From Cytophagales bacterium (GTDB taxonomy: Bacteria > Bacteroidota > Bacteroidia > Cytophagales > Cyclobacteriaceae), in assembly GCA_020403045.1 (NCBI GenBank), contig JADBYK010000025.1, forward strand, positions 71,136-135,135: a DNA stretch of 64,000 bases. Reading direction: 5' to 3'. The position numbers were made by a program, and so were the translations under genes. Under the pieces are notes generated by a model. It was not told the origin of the DNA, made no database searches, and was given only the letters and a program-made list of their open reading frames with translations. Positions 59,233 through 64,000 of this stretch are shown here, one piece after another. Position 1 is the stretch's first letter. Every line of letters starts with the position of its first letter.

Positions 59233-60342
59233 TTGAAAAATGTAGTCATTATTGGAGGGGGACTTGCTGGCCTGGTAGCCGCAAATTATCTGGCGCAACT
59301 GCAGGTTCCCGTTACCTTGTTAGAGCGAAAGGAGTATCCTTTTCATAGAGTCTGTGGCGAATATATCTCCAACGAGACAATCCCATTTTTAAAATCGCTA
59401 CAGTTATTCCCTGAGCAATTCAATCCGCCTTCCATTCGTCAGCTTCAGCTAACTTCCGTGAATGGTCGGTCTGCCACTTTAGAATTGGACTTGGGTGGTT
59501 TTGGCATCAGCCGATTTATGTTTGATCAGTTTCTATACGAGAAAGCCAAAAAACGTGGCGTTGTTTTTCATTTGAATACAGAAGTAGACAGTGTAACCTA
59601 CTCAAAAGAAAAATTCGAAGTAAAAACAAAAGATCACTTGTTGGAGGCAGACGTGGTTATTGGCTCGTTTGGCAAAAGATCAAAATTGGACGTTTCACTA
59701 AAGCGCAGTTTCATCCAAAAGCGTTCTCCCTATGTGGGCGTTAAGTACCACATTCGCACACAGCATCCCGATGCCTTAATAGCACTGCACAATTTCAAGG
59801 ACGGTTACTGCGGAATCAGCAACATTGAAGAGGGTAAAAGTTGCCTTTGCTATCTTACCCATCGCGACAATGTCAGAAAATTTGGAACCATCAAAACGAT
59901 GGAAGAAGCTGTACTTTACAAAAATCCCTTTTTGAAATCTATTTTCACCAGCGCTGAGTTTCTTTTTGACAAGCCTGAGGTGATCAATGAAATATCGTTC
60001 GAAACGAAAAGCCCGGTAGAAAATCATATCTTAATGAGTGGCGATGCGGCAGGCATGATCACGCCATTGTGTGGCAATGGTATGGCATTGGCTATTCACT
60101 CCGCAAAAATTGTAAGTGAGTTAGTAAGTGCCTTTAATAAAAATGAAATTTCCAGAGAGCAGCTTGAAAACAACTATGCTGATAAATGGAATTCTCTTTT
60201 TGCCAACAGACTTTGGGCTGGGCGCCAAATCCAAAATTTGTTTGGCAGCGAGTGGGCTTCTAATGTGGCGGTGAATCTGGCGCGGCATGTCAAACCAATT
60301 GCCGGCATTCTAGTAAAAAAGACGCACGGGGCGCCTTTTTAA
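59233..60342 (+). CDS. NAD(P)/FAD-dependent oxidoreductase (geranylgeranyl reductase-like)
   Basis: IIGGGLAG, HRVCGEYIS and GDAAGMITPLCGNGM. TTG start. Confidence 0.9.
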   Translation: MKNVVIIGGGLAGLVAANYLAQLQVPVTLLERKEYPFHRVCGEYISNETIPFLKSLQLFPEQFNPPSIRQLQLTSVNGRSATLELDLGGFGISRFMFDQFLYEKAKKRGVVFHLNTEVDSVTYSKEKFEVKTKDHLLEADVVIGSFGKRSKLDVSLKRSFIQKRSPYVGVKYHIRTQHPDALIALHNFKDGYCGISNIEEGKSCLCYLTHRDNVRKFGTIKTMEEAVLYKNPFLKSIFTSAEFLFDKPEVINEISFETKSPVENHILMSGDAAGMITPLCGNGMALAIHSAKIVSELVSAFNKNEISREQLENNYADKWNSLFANRLWAGRQIQNLFGSEWASNVAVNLARHVKPIAGILVKKTHGAPF

Positions 60343-60351
60343 GTTTAACTG

Positions 60352-60437
60352 TACCCAGGACGGGACTTGAACCCGTACAGATATTACTATCCACAGGATT
60401 TTAAGTCCTGCGTGTCTACCAATTCCACCACCCGGGC
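60352..60437 (-). tRNA. tRNA-Leu (anticodon TAA)
   Basis: GCCCGGGTGGTGGAATTGGTAGACACG-CAGGACTTAAAATCCTG-long variable arm-GGGTTCAAGTCCC. CCA not encoded. Confidence 0.97.
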
Positions 60438-60488
60438 AGGGCTTTCTTTTGTTGTTCGTTAGTCGATATTGGTTACTCGATCTAAACT

Positions 60489-60518
60489 AAAAAAGTGTGA
60501 GTCTTCCCACACTTTTTT
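60489..60518. terminator. Bidirectional terminator-like hairpin between the two tRNAs
   Basis: AAAAAAGTGTG-N8-CACACTTTTTT. Confidence 0.7.
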
Positions 60519-60557
60519 AACGATTAACCATCATCGAATAATGATTAACCAATAATT

Positions 60558-60631
<74 letters not shown>

Positions 60632-60728
60632 TTACTTCAATTGAAAATTCGGGACTTAAAATTCAAAATTCTCTGTATTTCACACTTTTGAATCTTGAAT
60701 TATACATTTTGAATCTCGAATCGGACTG

Positions 60729-60758
60729 CAAATTTAAGCCTGATTACTAAATTTCCAA
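60729..60758 (-). promoter_or_regulatory. Housekeeping promoter for the tRNA operon
   Basis: On the minus strand, TTG (60758-60756)-N19-TAAATTTG (60736-60729) matches the Bacteroidota consensus exactly. Confidence 0.75.
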
Positions 60759-60770
60759 ATCAGCTCGCCT

Positions 60771-61316
60771 TTAGGGAAGCTTTCTTTCTCTTGATTGGCC
60801 GAACTTTTCCCAATTGAATGCTTGCGATTGACCCTTGGGAATCGACAACGATTTAAAATCTGCTGATTTAATGGCTTTTGCTTGATAAAGAATTTGACCT
60901 ATGTGATGAGGATAATGCGCCAGCTGTCGCTGGATTGCTTCGAGAACGGTATGGCCTTCATTTCGTATGTAAATAACCCTCAACAAGTCATCTGGTTTTA
61001 CAGTCTTGAGAGCATCGAATAAACATTGCCAACCCTTTTCCCATGCTTTCATCAGTGCTAGCTTACTTGGGTATCCTTCGGCAAATTCAGCCTCGCGATT
61101 GCGCCATTCTTTTTCACCGTCACTTACCATAAAATCAGTCCACCTAGACAACATGTTGCCGCTTAAATGGTGGACGATTTGCGCAATGCTGTTACTTGAT
61201 TCATTGGGCTTGCTGTTTAGGTCTTCATCGGAAAGCTGATCCATTGCACCCTCGCCCAGCTTTTTGTAATACTCAAAAAACTTAGTGGTGCTATTTAAAA
61301 ATTGTTGCTCGATCAT
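60771..61316 (-). CDS. DUF1572 family protein (DinB superfamily)
   Basis: NSIAQIVHHLSGNMLSRWTDF..SDGEK.WRNREAEF and HYPHHIGQI. Confidence 0.9.
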   Translation of the reverse strand: MIEQQFLNSTTKFFEYYKKLGEGAMDQLSDEDLNSKPNESSNSIAQIVHHLSGNMLSRWTDFMVSDGEKEWRNREAEFAEGYPSKLALMKAWEKGWQCLFDALKTVKPDDLLRVIYIRNEGHTVLEAIQRQLAHYPHHIGQILYQAKAIKSADFKSLSIPKGQSQAFNWEKFGQSRERKLP

Positions 61317-61424
61317 GTTTTTATTCTATTCGTTAGGATCTAAACGATAGGCAACACAAAAAAGATTTTCAGCATTAAACCAATTGGCACCTTTCATCTC
61401 TAATCGACCTAAATCAATTACGTT

Positions 61425-61976
61425 ATGAAAACAATTATTAGTTGTGTGTTAATTCTAGTAGTGGCTTTTACCACCGATGCTCAGGTTAGACGAAGAGGGG
61501 CGCAGGCCAGAGAGGGTAAATTGAGTGGGCAAACGATAGACGCCAGCCAGGTGCCGGATGCAGTTAAGAGTGCGTTTGCAGCAACGGGTTCAACTGCTAC
61601 CCGCTGGGAAAAACACGCGACTAAGGGCAAGAAAACCATTGTAAGATATGTGGCTGTTTATACACAAGATGGCATGGGTGGTCGTGCTCGTTTCCTGGAA
61701 GATGGTACTGCTATGAGTTCATCCAAATACATGAAAGCTGAGCAACTGCCTGTTGCTATTAAATCAGCAGCTGAAGCCAAAGCACAAGGACAAAAAGTAA
61801 TGGGTGGCGAAGAAATCAAAACAAAGAAAGGTGAAACCTATTTTCGTGTATTTTCCAGAGGCGGTGGTTCGCGAACCGTCTCGGTTTTTGATGCCAACGG
61901 CCAGCCTGTCACGAAAGACAAAATGCCTGAGGATTTGAGTGAATCCGAAGGAGAAGACGAAGGGGACGGCAATTAG
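61425..61976 (+). CDS. Secreted hypothetical protein with PepSY-like repeats
   Basis: Signal peptide, two xQ(V/L)PxA(V/I)KSA repeats, acidic tail. Confidence 0.6.
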   Translation: MKTIISCVLILVVAFTTDAQVRRRGAQAREGKLSGQTIDASQVPDAVKSAFAATGSTATRWEKHATKGKKTIVRYVAVYTQDGMGGRARFLEDGTAMSSSKYMKAEQLPVAIKSAAEAKAQGQKVMGGEEIKTKKGETYFRVFSRGGGSRTVSVFDANGQPVTKDKMPEDLSESEGEDEGDGN

Positions 61977-62965
61977 TCTGCCGGATAACGAATACCTATT
62001 ATGCTTCGAATTTGATCGAGTGTCTGGGTAAGTATCAACGTATCAATATGTGTTCGCGAAGGGCTCTCTGTGAGCCCTTTTTTTATGCAGTCGGTTACAT
62101 GCTGTGCTTCGTATTCATAGCCGTTGCCTTTGGCTTTTTCAAATGCTACGGTCTGTTTTGAATCAATAACACCAGGATAGAACTCTAGTTCGGTAGTCGG
62201 TCCGTGAAACCGGTGCGTCAATCGTATTCGACCTTGATCTCCGGCTATATCTGCACCTGTAGCAAGATTGGTAGCAAAGGATGAAAAGAGGTTTGCCATG
62301 GCTCCATTATTGTATTTGAACTGAATGGAACACTGCTCGTCTACTCCTGAAGGAGCGGGGACCATTGAAGCCTGAATCTGGTCTGGCTTACCTAATATGT
62401 CAAGTGCGAGAAAGACTGGATAAACGCCCACATCAAGCAAAGATCCACCCCCTAAAGCAGGATCATAAATTCGTTGCGAAACGGGCGGGGTTGGTTTAAA
62501 TCCAAACTCGGCATTGATGTATTGGATGGCTCCCACTTTACCTTGCTCAACCATTTCTTTTACTTTCAAATAATGCGGGAGGAATCGAGTCCAGAATGCT
62601 TCCATTAAAAAAGTCTGCTGGCTTTTGGCAAAGTCAATCATTTGCTTCGCCTGGCTGTAATTGATGGCAAACGCCTTCTCTACCAAAACTGCCTTTTTAT
62701 TCTGAAGACATAACATCACATGTTCATAATGTAACGCATGCGGTGTTGCAATGTAAATCACATCCACTTCGAAATTTTCTGCCAACGCTTTGTAACTATT
62801 GTGTTTGTATTCGACCGGAAAGTCTTTGGCAAAAGCATCAGCGGTGCTTTGTTCGCGCGCGCCTATCGCGACCAACTTCGCATCTCTGACCCACTGCAAG
62901 TCACTGGCAAATTTCCTGGCAATCTTGCCACAACCCAATATGCCCCATCGGATGGTTTGATTCAT
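61973..62965 (-). CDS. Gfo/Idh/MocA family oxidoreductase
   Basis: WGILGCGKIA, YIATPH, VLVEKAF and GGGSLLDVGVY. Confidence 0.93.
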   Translation of the reverse strand: MNQTIRWGILGCGKIARKFASDLQWVRDAKLVAIGAREQSTADAFAKDFPVEYKHNSYKALAENFEVDVIYIATPHALHYEHVMLCLQNKKAVLVEKAFAINYSQAKQMIDFAKSQQTFLMEAFWTRFLPHYLKVKEMVEQGKVGAIQYINAEFGFKPTPPVSQRIYDPALGGGSLLDVGVYPVFLALDILGKPDQIQASMVPAPSGVDEQCSIQFKYNNGAMANLFSSFATNLATGADIAGDQGRIRLTHRFHGPTTELEFYPGVIDSKQTVAFEKAKGNGYEYEAQHVTDCIKKGLTESPSRTHIDTLILTQTLDQIRSIIGIRYPAD

Positions 62966-63137
62966 AACCCAAAATTATTCTTCAAAGGAAAGCAATTTTG
63001 CTGCCTCGTAGCTGTACGCTTTTGATTAAAAGTATGTTCACTAATGAAACATAACAAATAGAATCTGTCTAATAGGTACTCATTTTAACGATATTTTGAG
63101 TTGGCAAGTGCTTTGCTAACTACTTCAAAAAATTTCC

Positions 63138-63338
63138 ATGAAGACTATTCTGGCCATTTTGCTTTGGTGTATTCTGTTTACTCTGTGCTGGCCCATTGCT
63201 TTGATGCTCATCTTCCTATTGCCTCTTCTTTGGTTGCTATTGCTACCGTTTCGTATCGTTGGATTTTCGCTAGAGCTAATTTTTAAACTGATAAGTTCTA
63301 TACTTCTTTTGCCTTTTCGGCTCCTGGGAGTAAAGTAA
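63138..63338 (+). CDS. Small membrane protein
   Basis: 66 aa, very hydrophobic, with LCWP and LLPFR repeats. Confidence 0.65.
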   Translation: MKTILAILLWCILFTLCWPIALMLIFLLPLLWLLLLPFRIVGFSLELIFKLISSILLLPFRLLGVK

Positions 63339-63353
63339 TGAACTTTGGTATAG

Positions 63354-64000
63354 CTAATCTTCCTTCTTTTTTTCTACGCGTCTGGATCCGCCATACATTT
63401 CATATTCCAACAAACGGCAATCTATTTGGGCGGTATAGAATTCTATCCTGCGGCTAGCTTTTAATCCAATCTTTTTAGCGAGATCCAGGTTGCCGGTGAA
63501 AATATATCCGAGATAACCTTGGCATTGCTTTTTTAAGAAATCGCCCATGCGGGCATAGGTCGCTTCCAATTCATTTACTTCTCCTAATCGTTCTCCATAC
63601 TCGGGATTGAAATAGATAACTCCTGGTGGTTGTGGGATTGGTGTTGACTCAAAATCACGCACTTTGAATTCCATAAACTGATCTACTCCTGCGAGTTCAG
63701 CATTTACTTTAGAGATCTCAATGGCATCTTGACTGATGTCTGACGCAATCACTTTTAAACCGGGTACATCAATAACTTGTTCCTTCAACTTTTGAAGTTC
63801 AGCTTGATAGACAGTTGCATCGTATCCCAACACGTGCATGAATGAATAATTTTCTCTAAACAAGCCTGGCCTTCTGTTGGTAGCCAACAAAACTGCTTCG
63901 ATAGCTACCGTGGAGGATCCACACATCGGATTTACGAAAGGTGATTTACGATCCCACTTGGTGGCCATAATCGTAGCAACAGCCAAAGCCTCAAGCATGG
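63354..64000 (-). CDS. THUMP-domain class I SAM RNA methyltransferase, RlmL-like (5' end outside the window)
   Basis: PMLEALA, NPMCGSSTVAIEA and FNPEYGERLG. Confidence 0.88.
   Translation of the reverse strand, partial: MLEALAVATIMATKWDRKSPFVNPMCGSSTVAIEAVLLATNRRPGLFRENYSFMHVLGYDATVYQAELQKLKEQVIDVPGLKVIASDISQDAIEISKVNAELAGVDQFMEFKVRDFESTPIPQPPGVIYFNPEYGERLGEVNELEATYARMGDFLKKQCQGYLGYIFTGNLDLAKKIGLKASRRIEFYTAQIDCRLLEYEMYGGSRRVEKKKED

Overview
Chromosomal window from a Bacteroidota bacterium, probably Cytophagales (inferred from type IX secretion cargo/PorP pairs, a MurF-Alr fusion, TTG-N19-TAnnTTTG promoters and many lipoproteins). It runs from a 3'-truncated polA to a 5'-truncated THUMP RNA methyltransferase. 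Main parts: (1) a decaying accessory patch at 2.6-6.2 kb with a Fic gene, two T9SS type-B CTD relics, a half PorP/SprF gene and a TPR pseudogene; (2) an intact beta-helix protein / DTDPG-repeat T9SS cargo / PorP operon at 6.4-11.9 kb; (3) housekeeping and hydrolase genes; (4) a ~17 kb metal-starvation locus, probably zinc (36.4-53.1 kb), marked by four copies of the palindrome TGCAACA-N-TGTTGCA overlapping promoters. That locus holds a COG0523 chaperone, MerC-like, DUF3299, DUF1826, and a DUF3526 ABC transporter whose ATPase and permeases are split by a TonB receptor-lipoprotein-barrel-lipoprotein module, plus a second TonB receptor and lipoprotein; (5) a RelE/ParE toxin with a 1-nt frameshift, a HisA paralogue lacking its catalytic Asp, several small ORFs missed by the track, and tRNA-Gly and tRNA-Leu. 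No CRISPR array, rRNA or intact transposase was seen. Family names come from motif recognition, not database searches.
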